Below are positions 27,095 to 39,000 of a stretch of DNA of 64,000 nucleotides, piece by piece. Made by a program: the position numbers and the translations under genes. The DNA is from Podarcis filfolensis (lineage: Eukaryota): NCBI GenBank assembly GCA_964270895.1, contig OZ185436.1; one strand, written 5' to 3'. The stretch's first letter is position 1; every line of letters starts with the position of its first letter. Below the pieces are notes generated by a model, which was given only the letters and a program-made list of their open reading frames with translations, had not been told where the DNA came from and searched no databases.

Positions 27095-30000
27095 AGAGGA
27101 TGGAGAAAGAAAGGGAAATGGTCATTTGACCAAACTCCAGGTTAATTGGCTTAGTTTTAGTAAGATAATAAGAAAGCTGCATTCCAGTAATAGGTCAGAT
27201 CTACACTGCTGTTGTAACAAGGATGACTCCTTTTTTTGGCATGTGATAGAGATCTGAACCTTCCCTCTTTAGCAGCAGAGCGGAAGGTATCTCAGCAAAT
27301 GAAAAGTTTGGAGTTATTTGTGGCAGAAGTTCGAGGTCCCTTTCTGAAAGATGCACTCTCTCCCAGTTTTACAGTTGCGGCTGCAGCAGCGAAGAAGCCG
27401 TGAGCAGCTCGCCAACCAGGGAATCATGCCACGTGAGTACTTTGCTTTCTCACTTTTATCTTTTATGCACTAGCAGGCCCATGCAGCCTCAGCTGAGGGT
27501 CACACTATCCACCACCAAATAAATATAATACAACTTTGCATCATTAGGGACTGTTTCTGATTCTAAGAAGGGCAAAGCAGGCCTGTACACGTACACCACT
27601 TTAGCACACACAGATCTGGTGCTATGTACCTCTGCAACTTTTATGCAGGAAGGAAATATTTGTGGCAGAGAGATAACTTCTTACATAGTGCCCACCCTGA
27701 GAAGTCTGTACTGCTGCAAAAATTATTTATTTCTGGTACAATCATAAGCAGGAGATTGAGTTGAGCAACTGGTCCGGCACTACAGATTGCATGGAATTTT
27801 TGCCATCACATACTCAGCTTGTTACTGCAATTACTGTTAAACTCGGGACTAGAAGATTACTTACACATGCATCCCAAAATCTAGGATTCTAATGAGCCTC
27901 ACAGGAAAGGGAGTTTGGGCTTGATTATTCCTGAAGTAGACTATACTGTATCATTTTCATAACTCATTTAGGATGTAGGGCACCTTGCAAAACCCTATGA
28001 GGCAGGTCATTGTTATTCCAATTTTTTGCAGATGGGGAAACTGAGACTGAGAGAGATAACACCTTGCCCAAGGCCACCCAGTGAGTCCATGGTCAAACTA
28101 GGATCTGAATCCAGGTCTCCCACCCCAAGCACCAACCCTCTCTCTCTCTCTCTGCTGGATCACACTGATTCTGAGCCACACACAGTGACTGCCTAAGCCT
28201 TTGGGTGCCGCATGTTGTAGTTGGCCTCTGCTATTGCTTTCCTCTTAAGCCACCTCCTGCAAAACATTCTACATTGTTGGCATGGAATGTCTGTCGCTTC
28301 CATACGAATGGTGCATGCAGCAGTTTGGCATTTTCACGAGGCATTTCAGTGTATGTAGTGCAGGTACAGCATGTTATGTGTGACAGAGTGGATCCACATA
28401 GACTTGTTTATTTAATACATTGCCCAAAGTTCTTGGCAGGTTTAATCCTATCCCACTATCAGAATTAACTGTCATGTTCTGCAAAAATGAGGTGTCATTG
28501 GTGTTTGCCAACTGTCAGGGGATGTTCTGACACCCCATAAAGGCTGCTAGTTTACCCCCTAAAAGGCATTTTACTCCTCAAAGAGAGGGAGAAAGAAAGT
28601 GGCAAGGGGTATGGAGGCAAGAATAGCAGCATTTGTTTAGGCGTCCGAGGCAAATGGGTTACCACCATGACTCCAGACTTTTCACCTTATTTCATCTCCC
28701 CCTCTTCCACAGTCCCAAACATCTTTCTTTCTAGGACACAGTGCTTGACCATGGGCTTCAACTAGTATGTGCTTAGGGCTATTTCAGATATGACATTTCC
28801 CTAGATGCATTTTGAAGGATATAAAAAACGCCCAAGGACCCATGATAAATACATGCATCTCATACCTGTCTGGTGAGTTTGACAAAAAGTGCACATCTTT
28901 GCCCATTTCTCGACTGCCTTCCTAATCGGTTTATGCAAAACTTAGAAAGGGCAAGGTAATTGCCCTTAATATAATCATGCTTCCTTTGTTGTAGGAAGAG
29001 ATCCCATTGATTACTTTTGTTCCTGGGCATTCACATATTGATCAGTGGTAGGTAGTTAGAGAATTACACCCAACTACATCCCGTTTGGGGACGCGGGTGG
29101 CGCTGTGGGTAAAACCTCAGCACCTAGGACTTGCCGATCGCATGGTCGGTGGTTCGAATCCCCGCAGCGGGGTGCGCTCCCGCCGTTCGGTCCCAGTGCC
29201 TACCAACCTAGCAGTTCGAAAGCACCCCCGGGTGCAAGTAGATAAATAGGGACCGCTTACTGGCAGGAAGGTAAACGGCGTTCCGTGTGCTGCGCTGGCT
29301 CGCCAGATGCAGCTTGTCACGCTGGCCACGTGACCCGGAAGTGTCTGCGGACAGTGCTGGCTCACGGCCTATAGAGTGAGATGAGCGCACAACCCTAGAG
29401 TCTGGCAAGACTGGCCCGTACGGGCAGGGGTATCTTTACCTTTACCTTTACATCCCGTTTGCAGTCACTGCCCAGTAAATCCCTTGGGAATACATGATGT
29501 AACTTGATTGATACTAAGTGAGTGTGGACTTGGATAGGAGACCACTGAGAACCTCACAAAAAATGAGGAGCAGCATATTTAAATATAGCAAATAAATCAC
29601 ATGTTTTCTGCACATGTCCATAGTATTAGGTCTTCCAGCCCTCCTAATTTAAGGGTGGGTTTTTGTTTTGCCTTCTCCTTTGATGCCTTTTCTCACATTG
29701 ACAAGGCTCATAAGCCTATACAGAAGCCTCATTGCCCAGTTCACAATTAATATAATTAATGGTTTGTTGTGAATGTGGAGATCATACCTGCTTTGCTTCT
29801 CCCCTATTACAAGCATGAGCACAATCCCTGGCTTAACATTACATCTGGGGATGCTGCAGAATTCCAAGAAAAATGGAAACAGGAGTGGAAATTGCCAATG
29901 TTCACTTATTCATCCCATGTCCAAAATGGAAATCCACCTGTTGTTGTTGCTGCTTTCAGTCCACAGATGATACATAAATTATTACTTTTCCCCACCCCTA

Positions 30001-33000
30001 CTTGCATTGTGTTTCCTTTGCGTTGAAATGAATAGGGGGGAATAACAATACGGCAACATAATTTGCATGTAAATTACATAAGGTGCATAATTTGACACAG
30101 TGGATGGAAATACAGATAAAGTGGTTTTTTGTGGAAGACAAAGCGCAGTGGAACATAAACAGTGCTGCATGCAACAAAGAGGTCAGAACAGAAAATGATG
30201 TTTTCTTACATCCCTAATAATATCTGAGCCAAGGATTGTGATTTGTTTCACTCAAACTAAGTTTGATTGGTAAGTCAAGAACAAACTTTGTTTTGAGTGA
30301 AACAAACTGCTATCTCCAATTCAGATGTAACACTAGGGATTATGTTTTGTTCTTCCTGCTAGGGAATGATCAAAACAGGAAGCCCCTGTGTGTTTATGTT
30401 TAAACCATTACCTGTGTTTATGGCAAAAGCATTTACTGTGGTGTGTAAATGCAGTCAGTTAGTTAGTGGTGTTAGTAGGGGTTCAGGATTTAGTCAGTTA
30501 ATTGGTTAGGTTAATAGGTTAATTTGATCAGCTGACAAGCTGCCCCCAAATTGGTATATCTACATTATCAGTTTTTAACATAAGTACTTAAAGAAGTTTC
30601 AGATGTCAAGCAGCGTCATGTCCTTCTGTGTGTGATAGAACAGGGGACAGCTCTTCAAAGATGAGGCCTACTGTGCCACTTGTGGGCATAATTTTAAAAC
30701 AAAGTACGTTTTTCTTTAGAACCGTTTTTATCTCATATGCAAATGTATGCAAGTTTAATCAATAAATTAATCAATGTACCCAAACTCATATGAACAAAGA
30801 TTCATATGATTGGGTGATAGACACAGGTTTTACTCATTATTGATTTGCCACTATTTATCATCGGCAAGCAAGTCACACAGCTGACAAGCCTCTCTTAACA
30901 CCATGGTGGCACTCTCACTGGGACCCTTCCTCTCAAACCAGAGCATTCAAACTTCATGTCACTCTTTTAAAATCAAAATGGCTATAAACTATAAGATTTC
31001 AAATCTATTATTTGTCTTTTAAAATTATAGCAATTTCCTGATTTCTTTTCTCTGTGAAAACAAAACACTTCCCACCCCTATGGCCAAAAGCAGTAGCCTT
31101 TCCTGGCAGGCACAACGAGAAAGTTAATTATGTTTAATTGCAATACTCATTATTCAATGCACATGCTCTTAAAAATTGTGATAACTGAAGGCTCGGGACA
31201 GGTCTGTGTTGTGGGGCAGTATCCAACTAACGTGGTGCATCAGCACAAGGATTTCCGCTTGCACATTGGGACTTTTTCCTCCTTTGTGTCCAACTCACTT
31301 CCCAAATCTACTCTGCTGGAGAGTTTGGAGAGCCCCTAAAACAGATTTAGGAAGCACACAAGAGGGGAGAGGAGGTAAGTCCAGCTGTGCAAGTGGAAAT
31401 CCTTGTTCTGTCAGAAAATATTACTCAATGCTACTTTGGATACAATCCTATGTGTGTAATTCTCCTTTCATCATTGTACTCTCACTCCAGACTTTAACTT
31501 CTAAACTTCCACTACTGCCACGACTTCCCTCATGGAAGAACCAACACATTCAACCCCATATTGACATAGATTTTTTCTCAGACAACCATATGCTGTTGGT
31601 TTGTCTGCAGAATTCACATCAATCCTCCTGGCAAAGGTCCCTTTGTTTTGCGTCCATCCTTTGTCATGGATCCTACATAACTTTAGCGTTCTGTAATGTG
31701 CATTAATTGAGCTGTGCAGAAGAACAACACTGGTTTTCTGCCTTGCAGATTACTTTTATCGGATGCTCTCTCAAAGCTCTTCCCACCATCCCACTAGCTG
31801 TGAACCAGGCCTCTGGTGCACCAGCTTCTCAGATTGCTCTTGCAATATCTGAAAGTAGGATGGTTTTCACCCTATGAAGTTTACCAGAATCTGTTTTACA
31901 ACCGTCTTACCACTGAGGTGTCTCCTCTAACTTTGCCTTTGGTGCTCTGTGACACTTTTTTATTTACTCACTCACTTTAAGATTTTTTTCTTCTTTTTGT
32001 TTGGCCTTTTAGTTGCGCAGGGTTTGAGTCTTCAATAAAACAAAATATCTATCGTGCTTTAGGATCTAGTTAACTACAGGAGGCAAATAATAAATTAGCT
32101 CATCCAATTGCGTCAATGCAAAATGACTCATAACTCTGACAATAAATCCATTTGGTGATGGGAGGTAACAACTGGCATGTGGGGACTAGAGAAGCCATTT
32201 GTTAAAAGCAGTTTGGGTTGTTTTGTTTATTTTATTTTATTGAAAAAAGAGGGTTTTTAAATAAATAAAAATCACACAATATATAATTCTCTTGGCCTTT
32301 GATTTTCCTATCCCACAGTTTGACTGTGCTCCCAGTCACATTTTGTGCAAAGAAAACAAACAAACAATAATTTGACACTTATTAAAATGGAGATGAGAAT
32401 TGTGTCCGCAATCTTTATTTTTGGATTCTGGACAACTTTCACTGTATAAATAACTAGGCTACAATTCAGCCATGAGATAAAGAGCTTTTGCGCAGCTTTG
32501 GGAAGAGCGATGCTTTCCTCTCATGCCCTTAACCCATGACACAGAAGAAATAGCAAGACCCAGAAATGGTTCAGAGAGTGAGACCCAAATGAGCTGGAAA
32601 CTGTGTGCCAAGTCATCTTCACGAAGCCTGTGAACACACTGGGACAGCCTCCCACTTGGTGATAAGAGTACAACAAAGTACAAATTTCCTAGTCAGTGAG
32701 AACTAGCCAACACTGATGGTAGGGAGAGGGAAAAAAGGCTCCATGATGAGACTATGCAGATAGGAAAAGGCTGGACTGCCAGTTGGGGAGTGGAGTTCAA
32801 GGAGCAGGTTTTGCCCCTACCTTTTCCTTGCTGCCATTTATTCCTGTAGGACAAATACAGAGTTGTGATTCAATCCTAACAGCATGTTTATCACTGGAGG
32901 GCGTTAAGATATGGTGGAGGAGGCGACCCTCTTTTTTTTTATCTCGATGGAACTGCAATCTGAAGAAACAAATATGTCCTCCAAACAAATATCCGGAATG

Positions 33001-36000
33001 TGGTTCAGAACACAGAGCAGGCACTGGTGGAGAGTATCAGAATTTACTGGAGCATTCTGCTCACTCTCTTATATCGAGAAGGAGCTTTTGCCAATGGATG
33101 AAGGAAGGAGAGCTCATTGTTGAAAAGAATGTGTGACAGAATGGAGCAATTTATCCTTCTTGCTGATTTTGTATGTGCTGCTGACACCCATGTGACACAA
33201 TGAGACTCAGACTCTCAATTTTATTAGCAGGTCTCCTCTGGACATTAATCTCACTGGTGGACCTCTCCATAACTAGATCCTTCCTCCCCGACTGATCACT
33301 TTAACTGGAAGTCAACTCCACTGAAACCAAGCTCCCCAAATGCGGCTAGGATTAATGTGCAAGGCTCTGTCTCTTGAGCTTCTCACCCAATGTGTTTGGA
33401 TACTGGACAGGCTGCACTTTACCGCCAGGCCACACACCTCCCTCTAAGATGCCTTAAAAAAGATGGCTATCTCCAAACAACTCTCAGCTCTCCCCCTGCT
33501 TTAGTTACCATCTGTGTCTTTGCTCCTCTCTGCCTCGTTTCCACTGCCACAGCCTGGCCTGGGAATGTCTGTGGTTATTCCTCATCCATTTTCATTTGAT
33601 GCAATAAAGGGGCTGGCTGATTTGTGTGGCTAATTTTGTAGAACTTTGTTACAATGCCACAATGCTGAAAATGTACTTGTTGCTTGCTGTGCTCATTGTG
33701 CTTTTGTCTGTTTCTGATTGCAGCGCTGAAAAACCCCTCTCCCTTCCATGAGCAAAAGAAGAGCTTGGAGAGAGCCAAGGTAACCCTGAGTAGGCATCAG
33801 AGGGGGTGGCTGGAGGTGGCATCATGCAGGTTAACTAGCTGCTGAGAAGGTTGTGGCCATGTGCAAGAATGTGAGTGGAATATTGGCAAACAACTGGATT
33901 CATTTCTGCAGATACTACTGTACCTTTAGCACACCTTTACAGGGCTCTAAACTTAATTGGCACATGTCCCATGAGAAAGTGGCTTTCTGGTATATATATA
34001 TCTCCAGCAGGAAACCTGATGTCTGCTGTACTCCATATTGCCCTTCTCTTCTTGTGACACTGCAGAGTGCCTTTGGGCTGTTCTTAACCTGTACTCTTGT
34101 CTCTTGCTGGCACCAGTTATCAAGCAGAGTTTAAGCGCTGTTAATTAAAGCTAATGAGAAAGATAAGATTAAGAGGCAGTTCCCCCCCACCTACCCCACT
34201 AGTAGAAGAGCTGGTGATCTGGTCTTATTTAGAGAAAGTACAAAATATTCTCAAGCTTTCCCTGCTGCAAGTCTCCAGCCACTCTAGCTAAGGCTCTTAC
34301 TAGAGGTGTAGCGGGGGGGGGGGGGGACATACAGAAATTTCATTCCGTTTACATTTAAAGGCGAACCTACCTAATTTGCAATTTCAGAAATAATACGCAA
34401 ACTTAAACAAGGCCATCCTTCAAAATTCATGTTTCTCTGAAGTTTGCAGTTTGGCAAAGGGGGAAATTGGGGGACTCTGTCTGCTTAAAGAAGCCTTTTC
34501 CAAGACCGATAGCAGTTCTCTTATATAGAGAATACAATCCATATAGAGAGAGGCCTGTAGCTCATTCACAAAGCTGGTATTTTGCACGGATGACATCCCA
34601 GGTCCAGTCCTTGGTACTTCTAGTTAAATGACACAAGCAGCAAGATTGGTAAAGAGATATGGAGATATGCTCCTAGTTACAATAGACAATGCTGGGCTAG
34701 ATGGACAATAGTATATGGTGACTTTGTAAGGTCCTAGAAACTATGACTTGATTTGCTCAGAATTTTTATTAGTAGTAGTAGTTGCCGTCTGTTAACTTGT
34801 CCCATTTAATGGGAACTTGTGGTGCACCTTATCCTTTACTTCCTCTGTTTATGGTATAGGAGTTGATATGTAGAGGAAATTTAGGTCAGGAAGCCAAACA
34901 AGTGAATCCTTTTATAGTCTCTACAATTCTGTGTACGTATATATTAACTTACTTTCAAAACTCTTGATGAAATTTATGTACAGGCATTTATCAAAAACTT
35001 GCACACATGTAGAAGATGCCTATGTTACATTATTGTATATGAGTGTCCTGCAAAAATTCAAGACCAACGTAAGGAAGGATGTATAGCCCCCTGTGAAAAA
35101 TAAATGTGCTTAGAACACTTCAAGAAGTCTGAAGTATCTTAGAAGTACCCTATATTTCAATGTTCAGGCATAGGTTAATATCTCACAGTCTCCCTTCAAA
35201 GGCTTCTACAGTACTGGCCGATTGCCTGGAAGAAAAAAGGATTATATGAGTCAAAAGCCCTAAACTACATTCGTTTAGGGAGAAGTAGAACCAAACATAT
35301 ATTCTAAGCCTTTATTCAGCTGGGGAGGGGCCTGGGGGCTGGCAGGGGGAAGCAACATCAGTTTACTTCACAGCTAGTTTGGTTGAGAGGGACTGATGGG
35401 AAGCCTACTTGAAAATCTTTGTTCACACATAACATGAAACTACACCAATTTAATTGCGGTGGATTTTAAATACCTATTAGCTAAAACACAACAGAGCTGC
35501 TGTTAGATGAGTTCTAGTGAAGTAAATAAATTTACTTTGATACAGCTGGGTACTTAGGGCTGAATTTTACACTTGTTTAAGATCTGTGCCGTAAGCGAAA
35601 CTGAACTTGTGCTGAGTATAGTGCATATTAAATGTAGTATTATGATTCCTTCATGCCAATTATAAGTTACTTGCATTCTGGGAAACCTGCCAAAAGTTCG
35701 GGTTTGCACAAATGGAGCTCTTAAAAGATCCAAGTCCTAGCCTACAGACATTCAGTATCCAGACAAAAAGTTGTGGGATAATTATAGAAATGGAAGGGAC
35801 CGTGAGGGTCATCTAGTCCAACCCCTGCAATCTCAACTAAAGCATGCAGGTGGCTTCTGCTTAGTCAGTTCCACTGTCAAATAGCTCTTGCTATCAGAAA
35901 ATTATTCCTGATGTTGAGCTGAAATCTCTTTTCTTGTAACTTGAATCTATTGGTTTGGGTCCTACCAGAGAAGAACAAATGTTAACGAAAATGAACGTCA

Positions 36001-39000
36001 GTTAGACCAAGTCTGACTGAATCCTTTTAAAGAAGCATTGCCTAATGCACTTTAAATCAAGCTAGTGAGGTAATGATCTCTGTTCTTATGTTCTGTAGAC
36101 TGAAGATTATTTAAAGCACAAGACCCGAAACAGACCTGAGCGCTCAGAACTGGTTGATATGCACATTTTACAGGGTAAGATTGAATGAATAAGTTTAAGA
36201 TCTTGCTATTAGCATACAAAGTCCTTCATAACCAGATTATCTTTGGGACCACCTAATCTTGTATATCCCTACCCAGTCACTTCAATCCCTGGGGGAAACA
36301 CTCTTAAAGGTGCTGCTTACTCCTGATGTTCATCTTATGTCTGCAAAAAACCAGGGCTTTCAGTATTACATCACATGTCCTTTGGAATGGGCTCCCAGTA
36401 AGGAGCCTATAGTGTTGCTATTTCAGGTACCTACTTAAAACACATTAGTTTACTCAAGGGTGATCCAGTTTAGTAGTGTGTATTTCTGATTTACTAATTT
36501 GTTGGTGTAATTTTGTTGTTAGCAGTGTATTTTATTGATGATTTTATGGGGATCACGACCTTGAGGTTTCTTTTTACATGTTTGGAAGTATAGAAATACA
36601 CCACTGAATTGCAAATGAGCTGTTCTATGTTAATAGTCCAGACTTCCGCAAGGGTTTGGGACAACAACTCCCATCATCCCTGACCATTGACGATGTAGTC
36701 TGGGGCTAATGGGAATTGTAGTCCAAATCCTCTAGAGGGCACCAGGTTGTGGGAGACTGCCTCCTTAGATGTATTGGACTTCTTGTAGCTGTGGCAAGCC
36801 AACAGCGGAAGGCACTTCTGCCATGTTCTGAGTAAGCCTCAGAGTCTTTTGATCCCTCTTCAGGAAAGGTATAAAAGCATCTTTTATTGCCCTAATCTAG
36901 GCCTTCTTGGTAGCAATCTCCTGCTTATGGAATGCCCTCCACTTTTGAATTATTTTAGGTTTTAAAACTTTTCTAAAATGTTTGTAATCTTTGTTAGTTT
37001 GCCACCTTGGGTTCCTTCAGGGTGGGGACAAGAATAAACATCAAACTGATTGTGATTATGTTTGCATGATGTTATTCTATAAACAAATCTGGGGTGGGTT
37101 TTATTTGGGCCTGGCTGGGGCAATTGCTGCTCCAGCATGTATGGCACACACTATACAACTGGAAAAAAATGCACATCTCATGAAGCAAGTTACTCCCTCT
37201 TTTAGGTACTGCTTCTTGCACTTCTCATTTAGCGCTTGAAACCAAGTTTTTACTGGGCTTGCAGAAATGACTTTCCTGCATAGTATTCCATGCCCAGCAT
37301 TGCATTTGAAGGATTGTTTGCTTGTGTGCTCAGCATTCACTCTCCAGCGAACTGTGGCTCAGCCATGCTGGTATGCAGACGCACATGAAGGGTGTGGTGT
37401 GCTGGGTGAGAACCTTTAAATTGTTTTGTTTGGCTACAAGGAACTATGTACAGGTAATAGTTTCTGTGTATCTGGAACATTGTTAAAATAGACTGCATAT
37501 CAGATCAGCAGTGAGAGAAGCTTATCTACAAGCACACCCGTCACCATTGCACTCTGTGGCTGGTTGTGGTTAAAGGTAAAGGTAAAGAACCCCTGACAGT
37601 TAAGTCCAGTCGCAGGTGACTGTGGGGTTGCGGTGCTCATCTCGCTTTACAGGCCAAGGGAGCCAGCGTTTGTCCACAGACCGCTTTTTCCGGGTCATGC
37701 GGCCAGCATGACTAAGCCGCTTCTGGTGCAATAGAACACCGAAACCAGAGCAGCACACAGAAACACTGTTTACCTTCCCACCAGAGCGGTACCTATTTAT
37801 CTACTTGCACTGGTGTGCTTTCGAACTGCTAGGTTGGCAGGAGCTGGGACAGAGCAACGGGAGCTCACCCCATTGCGGGGATTCAAACCGCCGACCTTCT
37901 GACTGGCAAGCCACAGTTGTTTTATGGTTCAAGAGAGATGCTTTGTGTTATAGGTACACTCAGGTTCTAATTATTGGGAAAGAACTGACATGTTTCTTTT
38001 CTATATAAACTTGTCCTGGCATAGAATTTATCCTGTGTTTCTTAGAAGTGATAAAAGGAAAGGAGCTGTGGCACAGGCTGGTTATTTTGTGGAATATATA
38101 TTTTTACCATTTGGCTTTACAGATTCAGCCACAGAAGGGTCCGTTCAGGCTACTCAGATGAAACTGAAAAGAGCCCGTCTTGCAGACAATCTAAATGAGA
38201 AAATTGCTCTTAGGCCAGGTCCTCTGGAGCTGGTGGAAAAGAATATCATTCCTGTTGACTCAGCTGTGAAAGAAGCCATCAAAGGTAATACCAGGAAAGG
38301 CACATCAGGTGCTATAGCAACATCCATGCACAGTAGGCTATACAAAAGACTCGCTGTGGAGAGGGTCCCTTGCAATGTGATGTAGGGTTCTTGATGTTTT
38401 CTCCATGGGAATGCCTTTGGGAAAATTCCCATAGGAGAGTAGAGATCCATGTTGAAGAGCTAGCAGGATTCTAGTATCCTAGAATGGTTCCTTCATTCCT
38501 GCCCTCTTCAAATCCCTCTTCACTAGCAGAGTAGGAAGAAACTTGATCAAAGCCAGACATGTCCCTGGAAAGATTACAGCGTGTAGCAGGAATCTTCCTT
38601 CCTTCCACTGCCTACTCTCTGTCTTCCAGCCTTGCAGGGGCTTTTGTGATAGAGCCTGTCTTTCCCAGCACTTTACTTATCAGCAAAAGCCAAGGGTCAA
38701 GCGCTTTTGCCTGCTAGTTTGCGGGATATTGCACAGGAACACTTTCCAGAACCCGCTGAGTGGCAGAGAAGCATCATCTGGCATAAGCCACATTGATTCG
38801 TGGAGAGGCAAAATGGGTCGCATCTTTGCAGCATTTCTCAAAGGAGGTTGCAGGATGAAAACACCATGCAAGCTATTGATTTGGTGAATTGTTTGGGGGC
38901 ACATTCTTGATGAGTTTCTTGGAATATTCTCACCATGGTGCACAAGTGGCATTTGACCCCCAATATTTTTTTTGTGGGCTTCCAAGACACACACACACCC

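Noticed and set aside
28032-28080. 49-nt cryptic exon (gcag|ATGGGG...CCA|GTGAGT)
   Set aside because: The splice-like signals are ordinary features of a MIR remnant, with no regulatory motifs to support use
29088-29170. tRNA gene
   Set aside because: tRNA-like A and B boxes belong to a SINE head; no cloverleaf. The same applies to 43759-43804.
31206-31706. 166-aa ORF in intron 2
   Set aside because: No recognisable homology; the region is better explained as splicing signals around a short cassette
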